Source: Candidatus Hydrogenedentota bacterium (GTDB lineage: Bacteria > Hydrogenedentota > Hydrogenedentia > Hydrogenedentales > SLHB01). From it: a stretch of DNA of 64,000 nt. Of the stretch, positions 1-8,221 are shown in pieces (the stretch's first letter is position 1; each line of letters starts with the position of its first letter). The stretch is taken from positions 346,240 to 410,239 of the forward strand of contig CAVUWV010000001.1 in the NCBI GenBank assembly GCA_963745075.1. The letters are read 5' to 3'. Under the pieces are notes generated by a model, which worked only from the letters and a program-made list of their open reading frames with translations, was not told where the DNA came from and searched no databases. The translations under genes were made by a program, and so were the position numbers.

Positions 1-580
1 GATCGACCTGCCCGTCGTTGAAACTCACCGCGCCCGCGCGGTCGATATCCATCTGCGAATAGTCCGTCTCGCCTGACGCGCCCTCTCCGCCGCCGATTTC
101 GATGCCCGTCGCGCGAAGGTTGACCATCTGCGAATCGCCGGAATTCAGGTCGTACACGATCTCGTCCGCCTCAAACGAAGCGATCTGTTCGGAACTCCCG
201 CTCACGTTTCCGGTAAACGTCAGCAGGCCCGCCTTCATATCGAGTACCGCCTGGCTGGATTGGATGTCGCCCTGTGGGCTGTCGACGCGGACTTGATCCT
301 TGAGATTGATGCGCGTGGGTGAGTTGCCTCCGTCCTCGGGCCACACAAAAGAAATCTCCTGCGCGCCGAGCCGCATGGGCCGTACCGAATCGTCCGCGCC
401 GCGCAATACGATCTCCACGCCGCCCGAGATGGTTTCCAGGCGCGAATCCTTGAATTCGACCCGCGGCGCCGGTTTCTGGATGTCGATATAGGTGTAGTTC
501 GTCGAACCAACCTGTGCGGCCGCGAGCGGCAGCATGGCAAGTGCGGCGACATAGATAGCCGATCGGGTTCGGACACTCAT
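1..580 (-). CDS. LptA/OstA-like periplasmic protein (5' part; runs off window start)
   Basis: Minus-strand frame open from ATG at 580 to the window edge (absent from ORF track because truncated). The ATG overlaps the TGA of the upstream gene (ATGA). Translation begins MSVRTRSAIYVAALAMLPLAAAQ (signal peptide) followed by OstA-like beta-jellyroll repeats. Confidence 0.45.
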   Translation of the reverse strand, partial: MSVRTRSAIYVAALAMLPLAAAQVGSTNYTYIDIQKPAPRVEFKDSRLETISGGVEIVLRGADDSVRPMRLGAQEISFVWPEDGGNSPTRINLKDQVRVDSPQGDIQSSQAVLDMKAGLLTFTGNVSGSSEQIASFEADEIVYDLNSGDSQMVNLRATGIEIGGGEGASGETDYSQMDIDRAGAVSFNDGQVD

Positions 581-1176
581 GGCGACGTCTCCCGTTGCTC
601 AAGGCTCACCGTGCCGGTCACGCCGTCGAGAAGCAGCGTTTTCGAATCCGCATGGTACTCCATGCCCTGCGCGGATAGTTTCGTTTCGCCGTCGGTCACG
701 GTGAGAGGGCTCCCCGAACGGGCCGTGCCGTCCTTGTTCGTCCACTCCATGTCTTGCAGTTCCACATGCTGAGGTCCGAGATCCACCGTGACCCCGTCCC
801 GCAACGAGGCCGTATCGGCTTTCTCGTCAAACTCGGCGCTGCCGGCTTCAAACTTCGTTGGCTGGCCGTCCAAATCGTAAATGATCGCTGTCGCGGGCGT
901 CAGCGCCCACCGCCCATCTTCCATCAGAGAACACTGGGGCGACGATATCTCGAAACTGGCGCCCCGCGATTCACCGCCTGCCATGTCGGGGCGAAACGCG
1001 CGTAACGTCATGCTCCCGCTCATACTGACTTGCGCATCCTCTTTCGGCCTCGTTGTCCCGGCAGGCGTAGAAGCGCTCGAAGACTCGGGCGTTTCCACCG
1101 GCGCCGTACTGGACTTGTTACAGGCGGAAGTCGCAAGCAGGAACGCGCACGCCGCGAGTGCGTTTGCCGTCCTCAT
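577..1176 (-). CDS. LptC-like lipoprotein (LPS export bridge component)
   Basis: 199 aa. Lipobox LLATSAC. C-terminal LptC/LptA-fold-like motifs (KTLLLDGVTGTV). Translationally coupled to the lptA-like gene downstream. Confidence 0.4.
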   Translation of the reverse strand: MRTANALAACAFLLATSACNKSSTAPVETPESSSASTPAGTTRPKEDAQVSMSGSMTLRAFRPDMAGGESRGASFEISSPQCSLMEDGRWALTPATAIIYDLDGQPTKFEAGSAEFDEKADTASLRDGVTVDLGPQHVELQDMEWTNKDGTARSGSPLTVTDGETKLSAQGMEYHADSKTLLLDGVTGTVSLEQRETSP

Positions 1177-1946
1177 GGCTGCACCTTTTCATTCTTGCGA
1201 AACACCGCTTTTAGTCCCTTCAGAGTCAGCAAGGGGTCGACATGATCGATCTTTCCACTGATCTTGGCGATCAATCCGGCAAAACCGCCAGTCGCCACCA
1301 CCGTCGGTTTTGCGTTCATTTCCTCCGCTATTCGACCGATGAGCCCGTCCACGAGATCCGTGTATCCATACGTGAGACCCGCCCGGATATGGGAGATCGT
1401 GTCTTTGCCAATGACCGTGTCCGGCCGCGCAATCTCCACACGGGGCAGCTTCGCGCACTTCTCGAAAAGCGCGTCCGCCGAAATCTGTAACCCCGGGACG
1501 ATCACGCCGCCGCGATACTCCCGATCCGCAGACAGCGCGTCGAACGTAGTGGCAGTCCCGAAATCCACAACAATCAGCGGTCCCTCATATTCTTCGACAG
1601 CGGCGACGGCATTGACGATGCGGTCCGCGCCCACCTCTTTCGGATTGTCGACCTGGATCACGATCCCGGTCCGGATGCCGGGCCCCACGAAAAGCGGCTT
1701 CACGTCGAAGGCGTTCTTGCACACCACTTCCAACTCGTGGTTGAACTGCGGCACCACGCTGGATATGCAGCAGCCGTTCACCGCCTTCGGGTCGATCCCG
1801 CGCTCCCTAAATAACATGGTATAGAGTACGAGCAACTCGTCGGCGGTTCGGTACGAAGTGACCAGCCGCCAATCCGCCTGGAGCGTGTCGCCCTGGTACA
1901 GACCAAGGACGGTGTGGGAGTTGCCCACGTCAATGACCAGCAACAT
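1173..1946 (-). CDS. coaX: type III pantothenate kinase
   Basis: MLLVIDVGNSHTVLGLY N-terminal motif and ~255 aa length typical of CoaX. 4-nt overlap with downstream gene. Confidence 0.85.
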   Translation of the reverse strand: MLLVIDVGNSHTVLGLYQGDTLQADWRLVTSYRTADELLVLYTMLFRERGIDPKAVNGCCISSVVPQFNHELEVVCKNAFDVKPLFVGPGIRTGIVIQVDNPKEVGADRIVNAVAAVEEYEGPLIVVDFGTATTFDALSADREYRGGVIVPGLQISADALFEKCAKLPRVEIARPDTVIGKDTISHIRAGLTYGYTDLVDGLIGRIAEEMNAKPTVVATGGFAGLIAKISGKIDHVDPLLTLKGLKAVFRKNEKVQP

Positions 1947-1951
1947 GGCGG

Positions 1952-2692
1952 TTATGCTCCGTCCAACTCGATGATTTCTCCGAGCAGAATGCGTTCCCGT
2001 CCCAGTGGCGTCTCAACCACCAAGGCCCCGTCGCGTTCCACCGATTGCACCACACCCTCGCGGCCTTCATGCCGAATCCGGCGGCCCACGATGCCGCACG
2101 CCTCCGCCCACTCGGTGTGCACGCGATCCAATTGCCCTGCTCGCAATACTAAAATTCGTTCGTCGAGCCGCGTCAAAACGTCCCGCAGCAGCGTGCTCCG
2201 TTCGCAATCGCGGCCCGAAGCCAGTTCCACCGAGGTGGCCTTCTCGCGCAACTCGATGGGGAAGTCGTCTTCCGTGTGGTGCACGTTGATGCCGATACCC
2301 AGCGCGGTCCGGCCACGCCGGCCTTCAACGAGCACCCCGGAGACTTTGCGTCCATTCAAGAGTACGTCGTTCGGCCATTTGACGATGGCGTGACCCCATC
2401 CCTTCAAAACATCCCGGATAGCCAGCGGCGCCACAAACGCCAAGCCTTCCTGGGGTTTCTCGAACACGACGCTGAACCACAACCCCAAACCGGGTTCGCT
2501 GTGCCACGAGCGCCCGTGCCGCCCGCGCCCTGCCCATTGCATGTCTGCCACCACGACGAGCCCGTCGCCGCCCAACGTCAAGGCGCGGTCGTTGGTTGAC
2601 GTGATTTCCTCATACACGAGCACCCGAGAGCCGACAAAGGTCGTATTCAAGGGAGTCGCCAGGGTGAGCGGCTTTCTAATGGTCTTAGACAT
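1952..2692 (-). CDS. birA: biotin--[acetyl-CoA-carboxylase] ligase (group I, no HTH)
   Basis: KWPNDVLLNGRKVSGVL and GIGINV motifs of biotin protein ligases. 246 aa. Confidence 0.8.
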   Translation of the reverse strand: MSKTIRKPLTLATPLNTTFVGSRVLVYEEITSTNDRALTLGGDGLVVVADMQWAGRGRHGRSWHSEPGLGLWFSVVFEKPQEGLAFVAPLAIRDVLKGWGHAIVKWPNDVLLNGRKVSGVLVEGRRGRTALGIGINVHHTEDDFPIELREKATSVELASGRDCERSTLLRDVLTRLDERILVLRAGQLDRVHTEWAEACGIVGRRIRHEGREGVVQSVERDGALVVETPLGRERILLGEIIELDGA

Positions 2693-3539
2693 TCGAGATT
2701 TCGAGCGAGAAGTCCACCGCCGGCGCGGAATGGGTCAGTGCGCCAATGGAAATCACGTGGACTCCCGTCTCGGCAATCGCACGCAAACGTTCTACATTAA
2801 CGTTTCCGCTCGCTTCGAGGACGACTTTGTGGCCGTTCGACCGTTGCGCCGCTTCGCGCATATCGTCAAGGCCCATGTTGTCCAGCAGAATCGCATCCGC
2901 ACCGCACTTCAGGGCTTCGTCAAACTCGTCGAGGCTTCGTACTTCGACACCCACTTTCATAAGATGATGGGTGCCCTTAATCGCGCGCGTCACCGCCTCG
3001 GTTACGCCCCCCGCCGCCGTGATGTGGTTCTCCTTGATCAGGACGCCGTCAAACAGGGCAAATCGATGGTTCGCCCCTCCCCCGTGGATGACCGCCCGCT
3101 TTTCGAGGTTTCGCATCAGGGGAGTCGTCTTACGCGTATCGCAGACCCGCACGCCCAAATCCTGCACCTCACGGACGAATTTGGCCGTAAAGGTCGCGAC
3201 GCCGGAGAGGCGCTGTACGAAATTCAGTGCCACCCGCTCGCCGGCCAGCACACCACGCGTGATTCCGGAAAACAACGCAACATCCTGCCCCGCAGCGAAT
3301 TGGGTGCCGTCCTCCAGGGAATACCAGTCCGCGATCTCGGCCCCGGACTCCTCGAATACCGTGCGAAGAATCGTGATCCCGCTGAGCACGCCTTCCTGCT
3401 TGGCGAACAGGCGCGCCTTGCACCGCACATTCGGGGGTACGGTGGCGTTTGTCGTGATATCGCCCTGACCGATGTCCTCCACGAGGGCATCGCGGACCAA
3501 TGTTCGGAAACCAAGCATTCCAGCAACTCCAAGATCCAA
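2685..3539 (-). CDS. nadC: nicotinate-nucleotide diphosphorylase (quinolinate phosphoribosyltransferase)
   Basis: 284 aa with typical NadC motifs (DTRKTTPLMR, ILLDNM). Overlaps birA start by 8 nt. Confidence 0.85.
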   Translation of the reverse strand: MDLGVAGMLGFRTLVRDALVEDIGQGDITTNATVPPNVRCKARLFAKQEGVLSGITILRTVFEESGAEIADWYSLEDGTQFAAGQDVALFSGITRGVLAGERVALNFVQRLSGVATFTAKFVREVQDLGVRVCDTRKTTPLMRNLEKRAVIHGGGANHRFALFDGVLIKENHITAAGGVTEAVTRAIKGTHHLMKVGVEVRSLDEFDEALKCGADAILLDNMGLDDMREAAQRSNGHKVVLEASGNVNVERLRAIAETGVHVISIGALTHSAPAVDFSLEISNV

Positions 3540-3656
3540 GCGCGCAAGTGTAGCATGAAACGGGCAAAAATTTCGATATCTTCGCCGCCGTCAGGTGCAA
3601 TCCTCCCCGCAACCATCACCCTGAAAAACGGCTGTTGACCGCCAATCTCACATTCG

Positions 3657-3735
3657 TCGTGCTCGTGCTCGTGTAGGTCCGTGCTCGTGTAGGTCCGTGC
3701 TCGTCCGTGAAGGTCCGGGTCAGTCCGGGTCCGCC
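3657..3735. repeat. tandem 8-10-nt repeat array (gtgctcgt / gtaggtcc / gtccgtg units) of the GTCC-TG family
   Basis: Direct reading: gtgctcgtgtaggtccgtgctcgtgtaggtccgtgctcgtccgtgaaggtccgggtcagtccgggtcc. Overlaps the 3' end of hisS and the hisS-nadC spacer. Confidence 0.7.
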
Positions 3736-5162
3736 AAAAAACTTCTCACAGTCTCAATCATCTCCGCCCGGGGCACGGTCACCTGCCCGGTCTTGCCCGC
3801 CTGCCGGTAAGCCTCCCGATCCGTGATTTCCTCACGCTCGCGCTTGCCCGCGAAAAGGTCCTTCACCGAGACGACGCCCGCCGCCAGTTCGTCCCCACCG
3901 ACAATCACGGCCACCGGAATTTCGTAGTGGTCCGCATGCGAGAGCTGCGCCTTCATGTTCTTCTTCTTGCCGAAATAGGCTTCCGCGCGGATTCCAGCCG
4001 CGCGCAATTCCGACGCGATCTTCAAGGATTCCGCCTCCGGTACGCCGCCCAAGCTGACCACCAGGGCCTGAACGGTGCTTCGTTCTGTCGGCACCAGCCC
4101 GAGATGCTTGAGCGCCGCCAGGAGCCGATCCAACCCGACCGACATACCCGTGCTGGGAATTGCGCGGTCCATGAATCGCGATACAAGCCCGTCGTACCGC
4201 CCGCCGCCCATCACCGAGCCAAACTCCGGCGCGCTGGGCAGCACCGTCTCGAAAACGGGGCCCGTGTAGTAGTCCAGACCGCGCGCGAGGCTGGGGTCGA
4301 ACACGGCATGTTCTTCGCGGACCCCCAGGGCCTCAAGCCCCTCAGCCAGCGCCTTCATTTCTGTGACCGCCTCGGCCGACGCTTCGGTCTCGGGGAGAGC
4401 GGCCGCCAGTCGGTCGACGACTTCCAGACGTGTCCCGCCCTTCAGGCCGACGAAGGTGACCACCTTCTCGATGGTTTCGGCGTCCAACCCGGCACCGGGA
4501 ATCGGATCGCCTGAATCGTCGATACGTCCCGGTCCCAGTTCAAGACGAACGTTGTCCATTCCGACCTTGGCCAGCTTGTCGATGACGCGCAGCACGTGCT
4601 TCTGCCGATCGAGATCGTCAATGCCGCAACTCGCCAAAAGCGCGTCAATTACCTTGCGGTTGTTAATCACCACGCGATACTCACGCACGCCCAGCGCGTC
4701 CATCACCTCGCACATGATCGAGACGATCTCCGCATCCACCGCCACCGACTGCGAACCCGCCGCGTCAATGTCGAACTGGGTGAACTGCCGGAACCGTCCG
4801 GGCCCGGGCTTGTCCGCGCGCCAGACCGGGCCGATGGCGTAGCGCCGAAACGGCGCTTTCAACTTATCCGGATACTGTGCCAGCAACCGCGCGAATGGCA
4901 CCGTCAGGTCGAACCGCATGGCGATGGGTTCGCCTTCCGGACTTTCCTGCCGGAACAGTTCCTTGTTCGTCTCCTCGCCGCCCGTTCCCAGCAACACATC
5001 CAGATGCTCCAACGCCGGCGTCTCCAACGGCGCGAACCCGTATTTCTGAAACACCCCTTCGATGGCAGCGATCACCGCCTTGCGCGGAAGTAAGTCCTCC
5101 GGCAGGAGGTCCTGAAACCCTTTTAACGTGCGCGGTTCTACCCACTGATTCGTCTCGGACAT
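3720..5162 (-). CDS. hisS: histidine--tRNA ligase
   Basis: Class II aaRS HisS motifs (FQDLLPED, RRYAIGPVWR, GGRYDGL) and a C-terminal anticodon-binding domain. Start placed at the internal ATG (MSETNQW) rather than ORF-track 5258, because the N-terminus then matches the HisS family. Confidence 0.85.
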   Translation of the reverse strand: MSETNQWVEPRTLKGFQDLLPEDLLPRKAVIAAIEGVFQKYGFAPLETPALEHLDVLLGTGGEETNKELFRQESPEGEPIAMRFDLTVPFARLLAQYPDKLKAPFRRYAIGPVWRADKPGPGRFRQFTQFDIDAAGSQSVAVDAEIVSIMCEVMDALGVREYRVVINNRKVIDALLASCGIDDLDRQKHVLRVIDKLAKVGMDNVRLELGPGRIDDSGDPIPGAGLDAETIEKVVTFVGLKGGTRLEVVDRLAAALPETEASAEAVTEMKALAEGLEALGVREEHAVFDPSLARGLDYYTGPVFETVLPSAPEFGSVMGGGRYDGLVSRFMDRAIPSTGMSVGLDRLLAALKHLGLVPTERSTVQALVVSLGGVPEAESLKIASELRAAGIRAEAYFGKKKNMKAQLSHADHYEIPVAVIVGGDELAAGVVSVKDLFAGKREREEITDREAYRQAGKTGQVTVPRAEMIETVRSFLADPD

Positions 5163-5423
5163 GGAACGATTCTCTTTCTCAGACGTAGGAGTTTGCCAAG
5201 AAACAACGCGGTCGGAACTATCGCCCGCGCGATCATGCGGAACATACCGCCCCCGCAACCATCATGCAGGGAACCAAGACCCAAGTATACCGCGTCCCAT
5301 GCACACAGGCCAAACGTGGCAGAGGTGCCGTTTGAATCGTTAGAATATCTCACTCGATACCAATGTTGATCTTCTCATCCCTCGACCAGCGCAGGTAAAC
5401 AACGCGAAAGGAGAATTCTTCTG

Positions 5424-5927
5424 ATGGCTAAGGCGAAAGCCGGCGCCCCTCGGGTGGCCGTGATTATGGGGAGCAAAAGCGACTGGGGCTGCATGCAAAA
5501 GACCAGCGACATGCTGAAAGAACTGGCGATCGCACACGAGTGTCGCGTGTTGTCCGCGCACCGGACGCCCGACGAACTGTTCGCCTATGTGGCGGATGCC
5601 GAGCAACGCGGCGTGCAGGTGTTTATCGCGGCGGCAGGCGGTGCGGCGCACTTGGCCGGCGTGATCGCCGCGAAGACCACGAAACCCGTGCTGGGCGTCC
5701 CCATGCAGTCCAAATCGCTTCAGGGGCTGGACTCCCTGTTGTCCATGGTGCAGATGCCGAAGGGGATTCCCGTGGCGACCCTGGCCATCGGCGACGCGGG
5801 CGCCGGCAACGCGGCGCTCTTCGCGGCGGCCATTCTCGCCCTACAGGATCCGGCGGTCGGCGAGCGCATTCAGCAATTTCGTGAAACCCAGGCGGAAAAG
5901 ATCCGCAAGGAAACGTTGGACTATTGA
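5424..5927 (+). CDS. purE: 5-(carboxyamino)imidazole ribonucleotide mutase
   Basis: 167 aa. RVAVIMGSKSDW and GVPMQS PurE motifs. AAAGGAG RBS 8 nt upstream. Confidence 0.9.
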   Translation: MAKAKAGAPRVAVIMGSKSDWGCMQKTSDMLKELAIAHECRVLSAHRTPDELFAYVADAEQRGVQVFIAAAGGAAHLAGVIAAKTTKPVLGVPMQSKSLQGLDSLLSMVQMPKGIPVATLAIGDAGAGNAALFAAAILALQDPAVGERIQQFRETQAEKIRKETLDY

Positions 5928-5940
5928 CTGCTAAAGCAAG

Positions 5941-5982
5941 GCCCGGCCGGTTCGTTCATTCGGCCGGGCTTGGTGTCTTTAT
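5941..5982. terminator. bidirectional rho-independent terminator
   Basis: Perfect inverted repeat gcccggccg-N11-cggccgggc followed by a T-rich run (ttggtgtctttatt), between convergent purE and the cNMP gene. Confidence 0.55.
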
Positions 5983-6419
5983 TCGCCTGAATGCTCCGCC
6001 AATCGCGCGTTCATATCCCGAAGGCGCTTGCTCAACGTGCCGATGATGTTCAGCAGAATGCGGATCGCGGCCCGTTTCGTCATCAGCCGCTGAAAGATCG
6101 TTTCGCTGAGAACAAACAGCCGGCAATCTTCCGCAGCGACCGTCGTGGCGCTGCGCGGTTCACTGTTGATGAGCGCCATTTCCCCGAACATGTCCCCGGG
6201 CCGCAAGGTCGTCAGGTGCTTCTTCCCGTCAAAGACGCCCACCGTGCCCCCCAACACCACGTACATCTGGTTGCCGGTCGTGCCCTGGTAGAAAACAGTT
6301 TCCCCTTTCTTCACGTCCATGGTCATGCCCTTGGCGAAGATCTTGGCGACTTCCTCCGGGCTCAACCCGCGAAACAGGGGCACCCGCTTCGCCATCTCTG
6401 CGTATTTGGCCATCAACAT
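5979..6419 (-). CDS. cyclic-nucleotide-binding (Crp-like effector) domain protein without DNA-binding domain
   Basis: 146 aa. cNMP-binding signature FGEMALI...RSATTVAA. Confidence 0.7.
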   Translation of the reverse strand: MLMAKYAEMAKRVPLFRGLSPEEVAKIFAKGMTMDVKKGETVFYQGTTGNQMYVVLGGTVGVFDGKKHLTTLRPGDMFGEMALINSEPRSATTVAAEDCRLFVLSETIFQRLMTKRAAIRILLNIIGTLSKRLRDMNARLAEHSGE

Positions 6420-6480
6420 CCGAGTACCCCTCCCGGCGGAATGGTCTTACTGCACGACACCGCGAACGTTCGTTAATTGG

Positions 6481-7311
6481 TTAGACGACGTAGATGAATC
6501 GGCTGCAATTCGAGCACGTGTGAATGTGGCTCGTGTCCTGACGAACCTGCTGCACGAATTTCGACGGAAGGCGCATGAAACACCCTTGACAGGTATCGCC
6601 CTCGACCGGAACCAGCGCCGGCGCCCGGCTCTTGGACAAGCGGTCGTAATGCTTCAACACCCGCGGTTCGACGAGCGACCGAATCGCCTCCATGCGCTGA
6701 CTGATCTGGGTCTTGCCGCTGCGCGCCGACTGAAGCATCTCCTGGCACAACTGCAAGCGCGCCAGTAGAATCAAGTCGGCGTGACCGTCGGTGACCTTCG
6801 AGAGTTCCGGATCCGCCTTCAGCTTGCGCAGATCCTGCTCGTGAGTTTCCGCAAAGGATTCCGACGTCGCCTCCAGCAAGTCGTACATTTCGTCCGCGGT
6901 CTTCGCTTCCAGCATCGCCTTGAGGTGTTGCTTGTCGCTCAAGAGCTTCGCCACCGTTGCCACGAAATTCAGGTACGACGTTTGTTCCGTCGGCGGATAA
7001 CAAATGAGGAAAATCAGGTGCACCGGTTTGCGGTCCACGGCCATGAAATCGAGCCCTTCGGAAACCCGTCCGACGGCGCACGCCAGCGTCTTCATGCCGG
7101 TCACACGCGCGTGGGGCACCGCGATGCCGCGTCCAATGCCCGTGCTCTCCGTAACCTCACGGGCCATGATTTGGTCGAGGGCGGGTCCGTGACCCTCCAT
7201 TTTCCGTTTCTCAAAAAGGAGATGTGTAAGTTCTTTGAGGGCGTCCGCTTTTGTAGATGCGGTCATCTCCGGCAGGATGCACGGCTTCGTAATAAACTTC
7301 GTCAGAATCAT
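6481..7311 (-). CDS. PTS EIIA(Ntr)/PtsN-like domain fused to C-terminal C4 zinc-ribbon (COG1579/DUF164-like) domain
   Basis: EIIA type-2 active-site motif GIGRGIAVPHARV, then a C-terminal CQGC...HTCSNC zinc ribbon preceded by a KHYDRL helix. Start placed at ATG 7311 (MILTKF...) with AAGGGAAAC RBS; the ORF-track start 7419 adds 36 non-conserved residues. Confidence 0.6.
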   Translation of the reverse strand: MILTKFITKPCILPEMTASTKADALKELTHLLFEKRKMEGHGPALDQIMAREVTESTGIGRGIAVPHARVTGMKTLACAVGRVSEGLDFMAVDRKPVHLIFLICYPPTEQTSYLNFVATVAKLLSDKQHLKAMLEAKTADEMYDLLEATSESFAETHEQDLRKLKADPELSKVTDGHADLILLARLQLCQEMLQSARSGKTQISQRMEAIRSLVEPRVLKHYDRLSKSRAPALVPVEGDTCQGCFMRLPSKFVQQVRQDTSHIHTCSNCSRFIYVV

Positions 7312-7485
7312 ACCTTGCGTTTCCCTTAGCACTAGAGCCCCCTCCATCGGCGCACTTATACGGGTACTGCCGTGCACGGGCCCGATTCGTAATATCTGCC
7401 CCACAACCAACTTCTGCAAGACAGTTCCTAAGCGCGTAACGCGCTGGATTGCTTAACCCTAGTGTAGCATCGCCGTCCCCGACAC

Positions 7486-7740
7486 TCAACCGCAGTCGCC
7501 GCGCGGTCCCACGCCAACACCCCCATTTAGAATCCCGGAATTGCCTCGGAACGCTGCGCGCTCGTGGCATGCCTTGGTCGGATATTGGCTTACAAGTGCG
7601 TAAATGAACGGCGCCACCACGCCGGCCTGACCGGCGAACCACATGAGTAGCCCCAGGAGCATCAGGGCCAGGACGATGGGCGCGAGCCAGAATTTCTTCC
7701 GCACGCGTAAAAACAACCAGATTTCTCGAACGGTTTCCAT
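7486..7740 (-). CDS. DUF5989-family small membrane protein (with C-terminal extension)
   Basis: METVREIWLFLRVRKKFWLAPIVLALMLLG...APFIYALV matches the DUF5989 pattern that accompanies SxtJ/carbamoyltransferase clusters. Confidence 0.5.
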   Translation of the reverse strand: METVREIWLFLRVRKKFWLAPIVLALMLLGLLMWFAGQAGVVAPFIYALVSQYPTKACHERAAFRGNSGILNGGVGVGPRGDCG

Positions 7741-7800
7741 GACGACAGTCTACTCCGCGGCCGACCGGAAGAAAAGCGCGCGCCGCCATACGAGCGAAGG

Positions 7801-8205
7801 TCAGAACTGATTTCGGTACCGTTCCCGGTCGGAGGGCTGCTCTTCCGGCGTTTCCCAATAGGACGCCGCATCCGGCATCCAGTCGCGCTTCAGGGGATCG
7901 GATCCGAATACCTGGTTCAACAACCGCGCTGGCGTGATCAGGCCGTAGAAGGCGACCGTCAGCAACACGCGAGTCATCACCCAATTCAGTGCTTCGGAGA
8001 ACTTAAGCCACACGGAGAACAATGGTCGCAAGGCAAATGGCGCGAAGACCGCTGCGATCAGCAATACCAGGGCTGCCGTGAAAATTGCCGGCGACGGCGC
8101 GCCTTTCAGCCACCACCGAATTCCCCCCAAAATCGCCAGCGCCGCCGCCATCACGAGGCCGAAGTTGCGCTGTTCCCGGGGGTCCGATACGTTCACGTCA
8201 GTCAT
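7801..8205 (-). CDS. SxtJ-like membrane protein
   Basis: Start at internal ATG (MTDVNVSDPREQRNFGLVMAAALAILGG...) 17 nt after the carbamoyltransferase stop. Two TM helices. The family is normally adjacent to NodU/CmcH carbamoyltransferases. Confidence 0.55.
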   Translation of the reverse strand: MTDVNVSDPREQRNFGLVMAAALAILGGIRWWLKGAPSPAIFTAALVLLIAAVFAPFALRPLFSVWLKFSEALNWVMTRVLLTVAFYGLITPARLLNQVFGSDPLKRDWMPDAASYWETPEEQPSDRERYRNQF

Positions 8206-8221
8206 CACGAACGGGATCCTT

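Noticed and set aside
2541-3638. 365-aa plus-strand ORF antisense to nadC. Similar long antisense ORFs: 8885..10051, 12240..13250, 17949..19316, 21710..22636, 22708..23544, 25668..27176, 29970..30911, 38092..39321, 39520..40890, 44865..45845, 45937..46977, 47767..48723, 53544..54977, 55061..57436, 59042..60846, 61542..62672, 62852..63862.
   Set aside because: Each lies opposite a gene with clear family-level motifs. High GC suppresses stop codons on the antisense strand. The translations are Arg/Pro/Gly-rich low-complexity with no recognisable domains or RBS.
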